A DNA stretch of 64,000 bases, taken from the NCBI GenBank assembly GCA_951406725.2, contig OX597830.1, positions 35,154,001 to 35,218,000 of the forward strand, given 5' to 3'. The DNA is from Octopus vulgaris. Taxonomy: Eukaryota. The translations under genes and the position numbers were made by a program. Under the pieces are notes generated by a model. The model was not told where the DNA came from, ran no database searches, and saw only the letters and a program-made list of their open reading frames with translations. Of this stretch, positions 38,801 through 52,519 are shown piece after piece. How positions within the stretch are numbered: the stretch's first letter is position 1; the number at the start of each line of letters is the position of its first letter.

Positions 38801-39243
38801 TTGTTTGTTTTGTCTTGTCTGCTAGAAGCACATTTTCTGTTAGTAAGGGTTCGTCTAGTTTCACGACTCAGAGATATAATTTTGCATTTTTCGCCAGTCA
38901 CATTTTGGTATCTTCATATTCCAAAACGAACTTTCACATTCAGTCATCCATGCATGCAAATCTGCCCCTCGGCAACAGTCCAATGTTGTCAAAGTGAAAA
39001 ATCGCCATATTAGAGCTGATACACCTCGGCACCTCTACTGTTGCAAACATTGCTATCAAAATGCAAACGACTGGAACGGACATCGCAAGTCACCCTGTCT
39101 AACGCTTTAGCAGTTCCACCTATCCAATACTGAGATTGGTACTTTTCGAATCGACCCCGAAAAGATAAAAGACAAAATTAGCCTCAGCTGGATTTGAAAT
39201 CCGATTGTAGAGTGTTGGTACGAATGCTAGATGACTGTATATA

Positions 39244-39439
39244 GACAGACATCTTAAAAGTAAATAGACACGCCCCATCATAGCTTTTTATTTGTGCGGA
39301 CACCATCTGGTAATTGACACATGTTAATGCATTATGCACAATGATATATTAAGTATTGCAATGCACCAAAGGCAATATTTTGTTTCTAGAAGTAAATCTT
39401 CCATAAATGTGGTGTCTAGTTAGTTTTGAGATGACTGTG
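39244..39439. mobile_element. TA-flanked MITE (Tc1/mariner-like), ~28-bp imperfect TIRs
   Basis: TA-GACAGACATCTTAAAAGTAAATAGACAC ... GTGTCTAGTTAGTTTTGAGATGACTGTG-TA, about 25/30 match. Confidence 0.7.
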
Positions 39440-41278
39440 TACAATTCTAAATCGACTGGCTCCAAATGCTGCCAAAAAACATATCTGGAACTATATTAAC
39501 CAATGAGTTCTTCTCTATATTTTAAGATGTTAAGATGGTGTGCTAGAAATATATGTAACTGTTATTTCTAGCAATTTGTGCCCTTCGATAAAGGCTTCAT
39601 TGGCTGGTGGTTCTCGTTTTCTCGACTGTTCTTTCCATTACTCTTTTATTACCTTCTTGTCATTGTATTCGCCATTAATGTGTTTGCTGTTAACACTATC
39701 ACAAACCGTTTTCGTCAAAGACAATATTCCTAATACTATAGTAATGAGCATTTTTTCCCTTAGCATTACCGTTTTTATATATTTAATTGTCATTTTCATA
39801 TTTCTGTTAATGATGGGATTATTGCTGCCATTTCGGCAATTGTTTCCAATTGTTAATCATTCGTATATTCTTTCATCTGTTTCAAAGGAAGACTACCAGA
39901 GTTATGAAAATCCACTTTCATTGTCGCTACCTTAACGTCGTCAAATTGACATGAATTTATAACGTGCAAGTAGAAACAAATAACCATAAACAGCATTTCT
40001 TCTACAAAATCCCGCAGAAATTTATGCTTTCTTACATAAGGGAATATATTGGCTTCCTTCTTTTTCTTTGATACAGCAATATTTTATATTGAATATTTCA
40101 GAGACATCATTCACATATAAAAGAAGAGGAAAGTTAACGTTAATATATAATACAGTAATCATTCATAAAGCTAACAAGATATAAATATGTGGTGAAGAAA
40201 AAAAGAAAAAAGAAATATTAATGAATGCCCTGAGAAAGGGAGACAACTTCAGATATATTTTTGATTTTATTTGTACCACCACGGTAGTGTGCAGCATCTA
40301 CAGTATGTGTCTCATTAATGGCTTATTTGTCAAGATGTATACAAACAGATTATACATTTATTAGCTTTAAAATGCTAACTAGTAATAAATATTATTCTGT
40401 AAATAAACATTAAACAATGACAGATATTATTTTCAAATCTCCAGTAAAACTACCCGAAACATAAATATTTTCTCGTACAATTTGTATAACTACATCATGA
40501 TTAATTACCTATTAATTAAACACTTTCGTTAAAGGCTACACAATACCATGGTTGTAAAAATAAAATCGAAACACATATGAAGTTGTCTTCTTAGCTCATT
40601 CAGTAATATTGCTCTTTTTTTCCTCACTACATATATATAACTATTTGGCTTTATGGATAATCACCGTGTTATATATTTATAGACCATAATCTGTGTGTGC
40701 TTTCGAAATTCTTTCGATTACAGATTTTATTAGTTATTTTCCAAGTCACCAAAATACAAATGAAATTACCGATATAAATACATATTCCAAACACGACTAG
40801 ACTAGATAAGACTTCAGTATTCTTTTAACATATAAGAAAGCGTCCTCAGATAGCAAACTGTTAGGAGTGAATAGAACATTATTGGATTTCAGAGAATATA
40901 AAGAATGTTTTAAAAGGATAATAGATATATTGAAAGTAGGAATGAATCAGATGGTTTGTTGTTAATATTATCATAACTTCTAGAATTAACTATATGATGT
41001 ATTTATTTACACACATATTTTACTTTTAAATGCATAAATGTATGAATTCACATGCAGACACCCTAGTTGGAGGACCAACACTCCAAATTCTTTTACATGG
41101 CTTAGAAAAACTAAAGGACAGCTGTGTGTGTGTGGTACATTCTGTTAAGAACGTAGTAGAATACAGTATAATGCTCGTCTACCTTCAGATTTCACCCTGT
41201 GCTTCCAGGTTTGCGTTTGGGCATCTGACGTGTGTGAATAGATAATTGAAAAACATTTCGAGACAACGAGAAAGAGTA

Positions 41279-41592
41279 CAGTAGGATATTTATTTTTCAA
41301 TCACTACATTTGTTTCCACGCAACGTAGTTCTCCCGGCGCCCACGTACTTTATCATGCGACTGTTTAGTTACATTATGAGATCTAGTTGTGTTTCCTCGG
41401 GCGATATGTAAATATTGTCTCGCTAAATTCGCATTCTCTGCTTCAAGAACATCCTTTCTGTCTGTCGTGTCCTAAATTTGCTGGGAAACCGTACGAATGC
41501 AGAGAAACAATTGCATCGTCCAGTACCTGCACGGATGGAGAACAACACTGCGTGGAGAAAATTGTAGTGATTAAAAAATACATGTCCATCTG
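41279..41592. mobile_element. TA-flanked MITE with long (60-95 bp) imperfect TIRs
   Basis: TA-CAGTAGGATATTTATTTTTCAATCACTACA...GTTCTCC versus GGAGAAC...TGTAGTGATTAAAAAATACATGTCCATCTG-TA. Confidence 0.75.
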
Positions 41593-41624
41593 TACTCCTT
41601 CTTGCTAACTCCAAATTTTTTTCC

Positions 41625-41659
<35 letters not shown>

Positions 41660-42591
41660 AGGTGGACATTGTACTATAAGGAACAATAATATCGAAATGG
41701 CATCGAAGGTTACACACTTTTTTCCCATATTGGAGTATCGAGGAAATTTGGTAAGCTGATCATCTTTTATACGGCTACCAGTTAACAACTAGAGCTGCTA
41801 TAGGTACAATGCACGCTACATATGTTTCTTAGCTAGCTGAATGTCTGCTGTAATAGTTATGAAATAAGGAGTACTCAACTACGCCAATCATCAGGCTAAG
41901 ATTACTTTAATGTCGCAAGTGTTAAGCCACGTAATTTTCCTATTTTTGTTTTTCCGATTTGGTAGATTCGACCTAGAACCTTAGTGGTTATTTTGTCTGG
42001 ATTCAGTTTGGTACCACCGAGTCACCCTTTGTGAATTATGCAGACAACTAACATTGTGTTTATTTACGTTTGCATAAATTTTATTTTGTATATGCAAAAT
42101 GTATCATTTCTAAGTACTGAACGAGAAAATAAGATGCAGAAGAATTTGTTGTAATCAGTCCGTAATTATTTCTATTTGATCCGTGCGATGGATTTTTGAC
42201 GCAGAAGCAGATTTTTCATCTTATTCATTTTGTTAAGCACAATTGTTCTGTAAATGAAGTCTACGGTAGTCTTTCTTCTTTGATATTGCTTGTATTTCAC
42301 TGAAAATATAATTCACAAGTTTTCTTATTTATTGCATCTATTAAGTGTTGGTCTAGTTTGTGGAAGAAATAGCTTCAAATGTGGAATTTTGGCTTATCAA
42401 TCTAAATATCTTTAAGCATAACAATAGATCATTCACTTGTGCAGAATCAAGCTTATTGTAAATTCGAGTTCACTAAGATTTATGTTTTGCTTGTAATCTT
42501 ACTCAGGTACCCACCCACTTTGATTCAATAAACCACCGTCAAACGAACTTAAGTGTAGCGTTCTCCGTGGATTTTACACTAAATAGCTATT

Positions 42592-43153
<562 letters not shown>

Positions 43154-43246
43154 AGAGAGAGAGGGTGACAGATAGATAGATAGATAGATAGACAGATATA
43201 TAGATAAATAGATAGTTGTGTATAAATATACATATATATACGTACA

Positions 43247-43277
<31 letters not shown>

Positions 43278-44026
43278 TATATATATATACACACACACAT
43301 ATATTCTTATATGTATGAGTGTGAATGGTGGCGTCTGAACGAATGAGTATATCGATATAGCTTTTGTTGTTGAGCATCTAATATACTTATGCTTTTTGGC
43401 AATTTTTATTTACACAATAGAAATTTCTGTTGTTTTTTTTTGTTTTCTATATTTTTCTATATTTTTTCCGATAGATCGTGTTAAAGAATTGCAAATCAAA
43501 TAAATAACTACGTAAATAAACACCTATTGAAACAAAAAGACTGAAAAGAAAATGTTAACAATAAACTTCGAAAGGAAAAGACAATGTAGAAAAGCAGGCA
43601 AATTCCCTTTGTATTTCGTTATTACTGGTAAGTATTAACAAACACTTGTTTTTGTTCTATGAAAGCAAATATCTTTGAAAGCAATGAAATTAAACTACTT
43701 TAGAATTAAACCGTCAAACAAGATTATTTTATACAATTAATATATAAACATTCTGATATATTTTGAAAACATGAAACGTGTTTGCAAACGTATATACAGA
43801 TATTTATACGGACATGCGTACATAGTCATGTATACATAAATATATGCAAATATGTATGTAGATATGGATATAGTTGTATATGTTAATGTATATATATATA
43901 TGTGAGTGTGTGTGTGTATGTATGTATCTATGTATGTATATATATATGGTCATATGCATATATTCACTTATGCCCACTTAGGTACATTAAAACTTATGCG
44001 CGTGCACACAGTCTTCGTATGTGACT

Positions 44027-44070
<44 letters not shown>

Positions 44071-44382
44071 ATATGTATATATATATATGTATATATATAT
44101 ACATATATATGTGTATGTATGTATATATGTATATATAAATATATAAATATATATACATACATAGACAGACATATATATATGCATATATACGTATGTATAT
44201 GCTTACATGCACACACTCAAGCGAACACGCACACAAAAACATCTGTATATACACTTATTGTTATTCTCACACACACAATACACATGTTAGGACAACCCGT
44301 TTTCGGCGGAACTTCAAATACGAATACCAGTCGCCGTATTATTTCATAGTGTTGCTGTTGTTACTGCTGTTTCTAACGCCAT

Positions 44383-44437
<55 letters not shown>

Positions 44438-44475
44438 GCCACTACTACTACTACTACAAATAATAATAATAATAA

Positions 44476-44507
<32 letters not shown>

Positions 44508-44636
44508 GGAAGAATATCGACAACAACAACAATACTGACATAAATAAGGATAATCATGAAAGAAGACAGTGAAGAATTCGATAACGAAGGACATATATAC
44601 ATACATACACACATGTACACACATATATATATATAA

Positions 44637-44683
<47 letters not shown>

Positions 44684-45914
44684 AACAAATATATATACAT
44701 ATATATATTGATAAATATATAGATATATGCATGTGCATATGCACATATATATATATATATATTTATAATCAAATATATGTATACATTATATATTTGTGTG
44801 TGTTTGCGTATATATGCATACATATAATATTTATGTATGTGTACGTATGTATATACACCCACATATATATACGCATATGTATATATGTAAATATATATAT
44901 ATGGATAATATGGATATATGGTAACATATATAGCGCTTTTATATAAGGTTTTAAACTTGTCAATGTAAATTTAATAACAAAAATAATTTCATTGTTTATT
45001 AGGAATCGTAGAAAATGAGATCTATTTTCCTTTGTGTGGTAACGCACGTGCGTAGGTGTGTGTATTGCTTTTCATTTCTTTTTCTCCTTAAAGTTTTCTT
45101 TATACCAATTTTCGTTTTTCAAAGAAAGACAGTGCTCCAGCAAGGCCGTAGCTATTCTGGTTGAAATAAACAACAACGGTATTATATAATACATAGAAAA
45201 TTCCGTCTCAAGATTTTCAACAGATATTTCAATTTGTAATCAACCTATTTATGTTTATAACGCAATAATTCTTTTTAAAGATTTCGAATCTTAGCAACTA
45301 TAGTAAGAGTTTAATCGGATTTTCCCTTATAATACCAACGATTATTTTCTCCATTCTAAGGGTTTCTTGGAATAAATGCCTTAGCTGTCTATTGTTTTCT
45401 CTTTCTCATGATTTGGAAAATAAAAATCTGGAGGTGATTTTTTGAGGGCAGATGTGGCATTCGCTTCTATTTTCATCATTATCATCAGTGTTGTTGTTGC
45501 TATTATTGCTGTTCTTCTTGTTGCTGTTGTTGCTATGTTTTGGTAGTGCTGATGGTGATAGTTTTAGGTGATATTATTTTCTTTGTCCTTTATGTTTTCA
45601 TTGTAATTTTTATTTATTTATTTGTATATTTATTTATGTATTAGTATTTATGCTCATAGGTATGTATTTCTCGTGTGTTATTCTATATTATATGCATAGA
45701 TACCTTATGAAATAATTAGTAATAGTTTGCATTAGATAGAATATATATGAGTATACGTATATATATATATATATATATATAAATCCGCGTTGTTGAAACA
45801 GGTGTTGATCTATGTGAAGTGATATATAAATTAAAGAATTAAAAGTAATGCTCTGCAACTTCGTAGTAATCCGTATTATTAATATTGTTGATATATATGT
45901 GTGTGTGTGTATAC

Positions 45915-46324
45915 TCTTTAACTCTTTTTTAATCTTTTACTTGTTTCAGTCATTTGACTGTGGCCATGCTGGAGCACCGCCTTTTAGTCGAGCAAATCGA
46001 CCCCAGGACTTATTCTTTGTAAGCCTAGTACTTATTCTATCGGTCTATTTTGTCGAAACGCAATGTTACGGGGACGTAAACACACCAGCATCGGTTGTCA
46101 AGCGATGTTGGGAAGACAAACACAGACACACAAGCATACACACACGCACATATATATATATACATATGTACGACGGGCTTCTTTCAGTTTCCGTCTACCA
46201 AATCCACTCACAAGGCTTTGGTCGGCCCGAAGCTGTAGTAGAAGACACTTAACCAAGCTGCCACTGAACCAGGAACTATGTGGTTGGTAAGCAAGCTACT
46301 TACCACACAGCCACTCCTACGCCT
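45915..46324 (-). mobile_element. SINE family A full-length
   Basis: Reverse complement of the family consensus. Confidence 0.9.
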
Positions 46325-46904
46325 GTATGCATGTATGCATTTATATAGAAAATTTCTGGATCCGGTAGAATTAGGCATTTAGATAGTAACTGACCAAGTT
46401 AGAGTCGCAGATGGCGCACTAGAGCACTAACAATGTGTACTGACTTATAGGTACTGTTTAATAGAAGTAATGATTTGTCATTCCAGTTATGCACACATTC
46501 AAATGTACTACGTGTATTCGAAGTCACGCAGGAGTAACTCACTGCACGATCCGAACGTATGGAAGGTTTCAAATTAAGTGAAGAATAAAAAATAACAGTG
46601 TTGCGTTGAGGTTCACTACAGCTGTTTCAGACGTGTTATTTATAGATGAACAAAAGTGTTACCTCATGCAAAAAACAAAAAAAAAAATTCCCCGATTTCT
46701 ACAGGTGAATAACGAGAAAATTTATCACTTAGAATTCCTCACGAAATAGATCATATTGCAAAATGACCCTACCTACCAGGTTACAGCTGGAAGAGTGAAT
46801 AGAGGAAAATATTATGCATGCATGTATTGAATACTCTGTATTTGACATTGACAGAAGCCTCTTCAACTGTTTTTCCAAGTTTAGCATATCAATGAATACA
46901 TACG

Positions 46905-46944
<40 letters not shown>

Positions 46945-47093
46945 TGAAAACACACACGCTCTCACAGATTCATACATACATTTCGTACAGACAGATCGAT
47001 CGATTGATTAATAGATAGGATACAGTGAGAGAGGGAGTTAGATAGACACACAGACAGACAGACAGACAGATATATAGATAGATAGATAGATAC

Positions 47094-47145
<52 letters not shown>

Positions 47146-47175
47146 GATGACTGTAAGTAAATTCATTATTAGCGA

Positions 47176-47344
47176 TCTCTGTTGTTCTCTTTCACCCCAA
47201 CTTCCTTTTACCCTTTCTTCCTGTTTCTTGAGTAACGCTGCGATGGATTGGCGTCCCGTCTAGCTGGGGGAGGGACATATACGCCATAGAAACCGGGAAA
47301 CTGGCCCCATGAGCCTGGCTAGGCTTGAAAAGGGCGCATAAATA
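47176..47344 (+). mobile_element. SINE family C/E 3' part
   Basis: E-type pyrimidine middle (CTCTGTTG..CTCTTTCACCCCAACTT) joined to C-type tail GAGTAACGCTGCGATGG...AAGGGCGCAT. Confidence 0.75.
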
Positions 47345-47362
47345 GTAGCAATCACTTTAGTA

Positions 47363-47595
47363 CAGTAATCTCTCGACTATCGCGGTTGTTACGATCCAAA
47401 ACCTTCCGCGATAGGTCAAAATCCGCGAAGTAGAAGAAGTACTGTATTGTATATTTTTTAATTATTTGTATTATTTGTATATATTTATTTTATTATAAAT
47501 GCAAAACAACACCACAGAGGAAGTCGTAAGCTTAAATAATAAACCGCGATAGGTGAACCGCGATAGGTGAACCGCGATATGGCGAGAGATTACTG
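47363..47595. mobile_element. Tigger/pogo-like MITE with TA TSD
   Basis: TA-CAGTAATCTCTCG..TATCGCGG ... CCGCGATA..CGAGAGATTACTG-TA; subterminal CCGCGATAGGT repeats. Confidence 0.88.
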
Positions 47596-50066
47596 TATAT
47601 GGTATGAATATTTTTGCATATTTACAAAACAACAAACTTTTTATTATATTGATCTACTCAGTACTTACAAAATATGTGCTCCTTACAATTAGGATTCTCC
47701 TAACCGCCTTGAAATCTTAGTAAAATTCCTCATGTGCCCTTTCTCGGACAAAAATATTATATTTATTTTCACCGGCAAATAAATATAAGATTTCAATCCC
47801 AAATTTCAAACCTCTTGTTGGAGGGGTTGTCATTCGGAATTGACACCGCATCTATAGCTATTGTGGCCGTTATCTATATAGCTGCAGATGCTGTTATTCA
47901 TATATCGTGTGGATCAATGCTTAGAGTGTTCGACAAATAATCGCAAATTCATTTGTATAGTTGCTAGACTAGGCAGAAAAGCAGTTTAATCCATGTTGCA
48001 CCGGTCCGCTAATCTGTAATGAATGCCAGTTTATGTCTATGTCTACAAATTAAACACAAGACAGGCTCTGGAACCGTAGCCCCTATTGCTCCTACTGCCT
48101 CATCCGAGATATTCATCTGGCTCAATTCTGAAACAGCTGTGAACATGTCTATGCTAGCGACGACCTAGGCACTCAGAATGAAAACTGAAGTATGGTATAA
48201 TTTACTCAAACATATGTTCGTGAGAGTTATCTAAATGCAAATGTTTGCTCGTTCAGGAATGTTTACTTGAAGTACGATCACTTATTTTTAACTTTAGCAA
48301 AATTTAACACATTTAGTTTCCAATTTATTTCTTAATATTTATTCTCTAGTTTTCTGTTGTCCACTTTTCCTTTCTCTGTTCGCTTCTGCAACTGTTCTCC
48401 ACTTTTCGTTTGGGTTCTTTATAATGGTAAAAACCATTTGTTATGAGTATTCTGTTCCTTGAGCCCTTTGTATTAATCTGACAGGTAGTAAATCTTGTTC
48501 ACCTATTGATTTTAGTAAATATATGTAATCAAACTTATCTTTTGTATGGTGATTTTTCATTACTCTATTTCAGTTCAGACTTCGCAGACTCAATTTTCTT
48601 CCATTACATACGTTAAAACTATTCCTGGAGCCGATCATGTATTCAATACCTACTTATTTGTCCGTAGAATTTGGCTGTGTCTTCTAGATTGCCATTATAC
48701 GTCTCTAAAACTTTTGTTAGTTCTGTTTACAACATTGAATGTTATGAAGCTATAAAAAGATTAATGAATAGTTAAACAGAAATACATAGAGACATACGCA
48801 AAAACGCGAATGTAAAATTACACACACTCAGACCCATATCTACATACATTCATGCATACACACACACACATAGATATATATAAATACATAATACATACAC
48901 ACATATATAATCATGTATGCATATACATATAGAGGGAAAGAGATCAAATAGGTAAGTCGATACATATACATGTACATATGTATCTATGTATGTATGTATG
49001 TATTCATGCATACATGTATGTATTCGTCTTTGTCTGCAAATGTGTATGCGTGTATGCACATGTGTGTTTCTATGTATCTATGTATTTAAGTTTAACAAAA
49101 ATAATAGGTAGATAGAGAAAGAGAGAGAGAGAATCTGAGAAGGAGAAAGATATTTATACATACCTGACAGAACGTTATTCTAGTGGAGTGATATGAACTC
49201 CAGAAGCCACGGTTTAAGAGTCTGATAATACATCCACTCAGGCATAACGAGTGAAATACAAAGTATTCGGCGAACATAAAAAGAGAATCAAGAGTAAATT
49301 GAATTTCCAAATTAAGTGATAGATCATATTTATGAAGAGATCGATGTTTGATCGGTCAATTTAATAAATTGCTATTTTTTATCAATATTTTTGTCTACAA
49401 TAATAATTTTATATAATAATAAGAAGAAAAGAATAAAACAAAACTACAACAGTTTTTAAACTTAAAAATAGCAAAGGCTAAATTAATGATACTTGTATCA
49501 AAGATATTTAAATATAAACTAATATCAGATCTAGACATGCGGAAATATATTTGATATAAAACAATGTTGATTTCTCGGGGTTGGGAGGACCGACAACGTG
49601 GAGAAGTCTTTGTAATTGTGTTTTTAGACACGGGCGTTTATATGTTCTAATTAATATTTATTTAGCTGGAAGATGTAGCATGACCGATTGGTTAAAAAAT
49701 TCGCTTTGCAATCACGAGGTCACGGGTTCGATATCATTGCGTGACATCTTAAGCAAATGGCATTTACAATTACCTTGGATCGCCTCAAGATTTGTTAGTG
49801 AAATTTCATAAATGGTTTGTGTTTCAGAAAATCGATTAGGAATATTTGTGATTGAAATCCAAGATTACATACGTGTCACACACTCGGATCAAGTTGGAGA
49901 GATACTTCTGTGTTAAATGCTAATTCAAGGGGTTTTTCAGTTGATTGAAAAAATGCTTAGTCGACATCAAAGCAGATGTAGATCTTAGTCAACCAAGATC
50001 ACTAAGATCCATAACCAAAAGTTTTCCATTCAAGTTCTTCTTACATTTACATGTCTATCAATTATT

Positions 50067-50645
50067 CTTTTCTACTCTGGGCACAAGGCCCGAAATTTGG
50101 AGCGAGGGGGCAGTCGATTAGATCGGTCCAGTACGCAACCGGTACTTAATTTATACATCCCTGGAAGGATGAAAAGCAAAGTCGACCACGGCGGAATCTG
50201 AACTCAGAACGTAACGGTAGACGAAATACCTATTTCTTTACTACCCACAAGGGGCTAAACACAGAGAGGACAAACAAGGGCAGACAAATGGATTAAGTCG
50301 ATTATTTCGACTCCAGTGCGCAACTGGTACTTACTTAATCGACGCCGAAACGATGAAAGGCAAAATTGACCTCGGTGGAATTTGAACTCAGAACGTAACG
50401 GTAGACGAAATACCTATTTCTTTACTACCCACAAGGGGCTAAACACAGATGGCATAAACAAGGACAGACAAACAGATTAAGTCGATTACATAGAACCCAG
50501 TGCATAACTGGTACTTAATTTATCAACCCCGAAAGGATGAAAGGTAAAGTCGACCTCGGCAGAATTTGAACTCAGAACGTAACGGTAAACGAAATACCGC
50601 TAAGTATTTCGCCCGGCGTGCTAACGATTCTGCCAGCTCGCCGCC
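50067..50645 (-). mobile_element. SINE family B trimer (tail-1, tail-1, tail-2) inside one perfect 15-bp TSD
   Basis: ACGAAATACC junction anchors near 50221, 50406 and 50590; TGTCTATCAATTATT at 50052-50066 and 50648-50662. Confidence 0.92.
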
Positions 50646-50857
50646 CTTGTCTATCAATTATTACAATATCCAAGCACTCATTTCACTTTTTAAAATAGAA
50701 CGATGTTACTTTGAGAGGAATTTCACTGTAAATGCGAAAAATTCACTTGCTTGTTATTGTTTGTCACTGTTTAGACTTAAGCAACCTTAGTCAAAAACAG
50801 TAATAGCATCGAAAATATAACAATGTTCCTCACAGGTACAGTACGCACAAGTGCAAT

Positions 50858-51150
50858 GTTGTTTGTTGCTCCTTCTCGAGCAATGCTTGGATCATAAGGG
50901 CCAGTTTCCTGGTTTCATTGACATCGGTTTCATTGTGGCATAGGTTCCCCACTTGGACGGGACAACGGTCCGTCGCCGGTGAGCTGTTAAATGCAGGAAG
51001 AAAGAGCGAGAGAAAGTTGGGGCGAAAGAGTCAACAGAGGAAAGCTAATTACCTTCTGCCGGAGTAGGGTGGAGCTTAGCTGTTTCGCTTATAAATACCC
51101 ACCTCCTCCGGTCTGAGATTCGAACCCGCGATCCCTCGACCGCTAGTCAA
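50858..51150 (-). mobile_element. SINE family E (tRNA-like head, tail related to family C)
   Basis: Minus strand GATCGCGGGTTCGAATCTC B-box; GCGACGGACCGTTGTCCCGTCCAAGTGGGGAACC...GAAACCAGGAAACTGGCCC; (AACA)n tail. Confidence 0.7.
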
Positions 51151-51558
51151 ATGTAGGCGTAGTATTGCCGAATAGTTAACACGTTCTCTTCGCAATTATT
51201 TGATCGAGATTTCAGTCCCACTGCGCCGCATCTTGGGTGAATTTATTTTACTGTAACCTCAGTTCAAATAAATCCTTAAATTTGAAATTAGATAGGTCGA
51301 AAATGTTATGGATGGGTAGTGGCTGGAATTAATAAATCCAAACAAGGGAAACATGTCACGCTGGATCCGCTTTCAAATTATATAAGGAGTATGACTATGG
51401 AATGTTCAGCCAGTGACACGATAATTCAATGAGCATCGCTCTTCATGCAATCATGCAATTGAAAACTCATGTCTGGAAATTCTAATATCCACTTCGCGCA
51501 TGATTAAAGAGAAATATATCACGCATTACAAGCACATTACTTAAAGAATATTACAGTT

Positions 51559-51806
51559 CACGGACATATGGCGTAGTGGTTAAGAGCGCGGGTTACTAAC
51601 CCCAATATTCCGAGTTCTATTCCAAAGCAGTGACCTGAATAATAATAATAATAATGATAACATCGAAAAATACCTTAGGAATGAGAACCCAGGTTCGAAA
51701 TTTCCCCAAGACACCTGATGAAGGTTGGAGGGTATATCAGCCGAAAAGTTGTGTTAACAACAAACAAGATGAGGACAAACAGTCGTCGAATGTAAATAAT
51801 GTAAAT
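51559..51806 (+). mobile_element. SINE family D: tRNA head, (AAT)n, hammerhead-bearing tail
   Basis: A-box TGGCGTAGTGG, anticodon-like GGG-TTACTAA-CCC, B-box GAGTTCTATTCC, (AAT)n, then tail. Confidence 0.88.
51710..51755 (+). ncRNA. Minimal type I hammerhead motif in family D tail
   Basis: GACAC-CTGATGA-A-GGTTG-GAGGGTATAT-CAGCC-GAAA-AG-TT-GTGTT: stems I and II and the core are intact. Confidence 0.75.
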
Positions 51807-51978
51807 GATATAAAGTATATTATCCTAAAATATGTAGAATATCAATTTGTTTTCGTTGTCGTTGCTGTTTAAGCCCAGAGCAGCATTAATGGAACAGATT
51901 CATGATACAAGACATTTCAGTTACTTTTTTTACTGTCTTTTACTGCACACTATTTGACGTAGTATATCGTGTTTATAA

Positions 51979-52519
51979 GACGGTGAGCTGGCAGAAACGT
52001 TAACATGCCGGGTGAAACGCTTAGCCGTATGTCGTCTGTCCTTACGTTCTGAGTTCAAATTCCACCGAGGTCGACTTTGCCTTTCATCCTTTCGGGGTCG
52101 ATAAATTAAGTACCAGTTACGCACCGGGGTCTATGTAATCGACTTAATCCGTTTGTCTGTCCTTGTTTGTCCCCTCTATGTTTAGCCCCTTGTGGGCAAT
52201 AAAGAAACAGATAAATTAAGTACCAGTTACGCACTGGGGTCGATGTAATCGACTTAATCCGTTTCTCTGTCCTTGTTTGTCCCCTCTATGTTTAGCCCCT
52301 TGTGGGCAATAAAGATATAAGAAACGTTAGCACGCCGGGTGAAATGTTTAGCCGAATTTCGTCTGTCTTTACGTTCTGAGTTCAAATTCCACCGAGGTCG
52401 ACTTTGCTTTTCATCCTTCCGAAGGTCGATAAATTAAGTACCTGTTTCATACTGGGGGCGATCTAATCGACTGGCTCCCTCCCCCAAAATTTCGGGCTTT
52501 ATGCCTAGAGTAAAGAATA
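51979..52519 (+). mobile_element. SINE family B composite (full tail-1, partial tail-1, tail-2)
   Basis: Internal junctions near 52210 and 52320; TATATCGTGT at 51963 and 52518. Confidence 0.88.

Noticed and set aside
51335-51362. GAAACATGTC and (48130) GAAACAGCTGTG as hammerhead 3' halves
   Set aside because: No upstream CTGANGA core; the second also has G at the cleavage position.
51562-51636. Functional tRNA gene (also 16831, 10447 and other heads)
   Set aside because: Acceptor and anticodon stems are imperfect and each head continues into a repeated SINE body.
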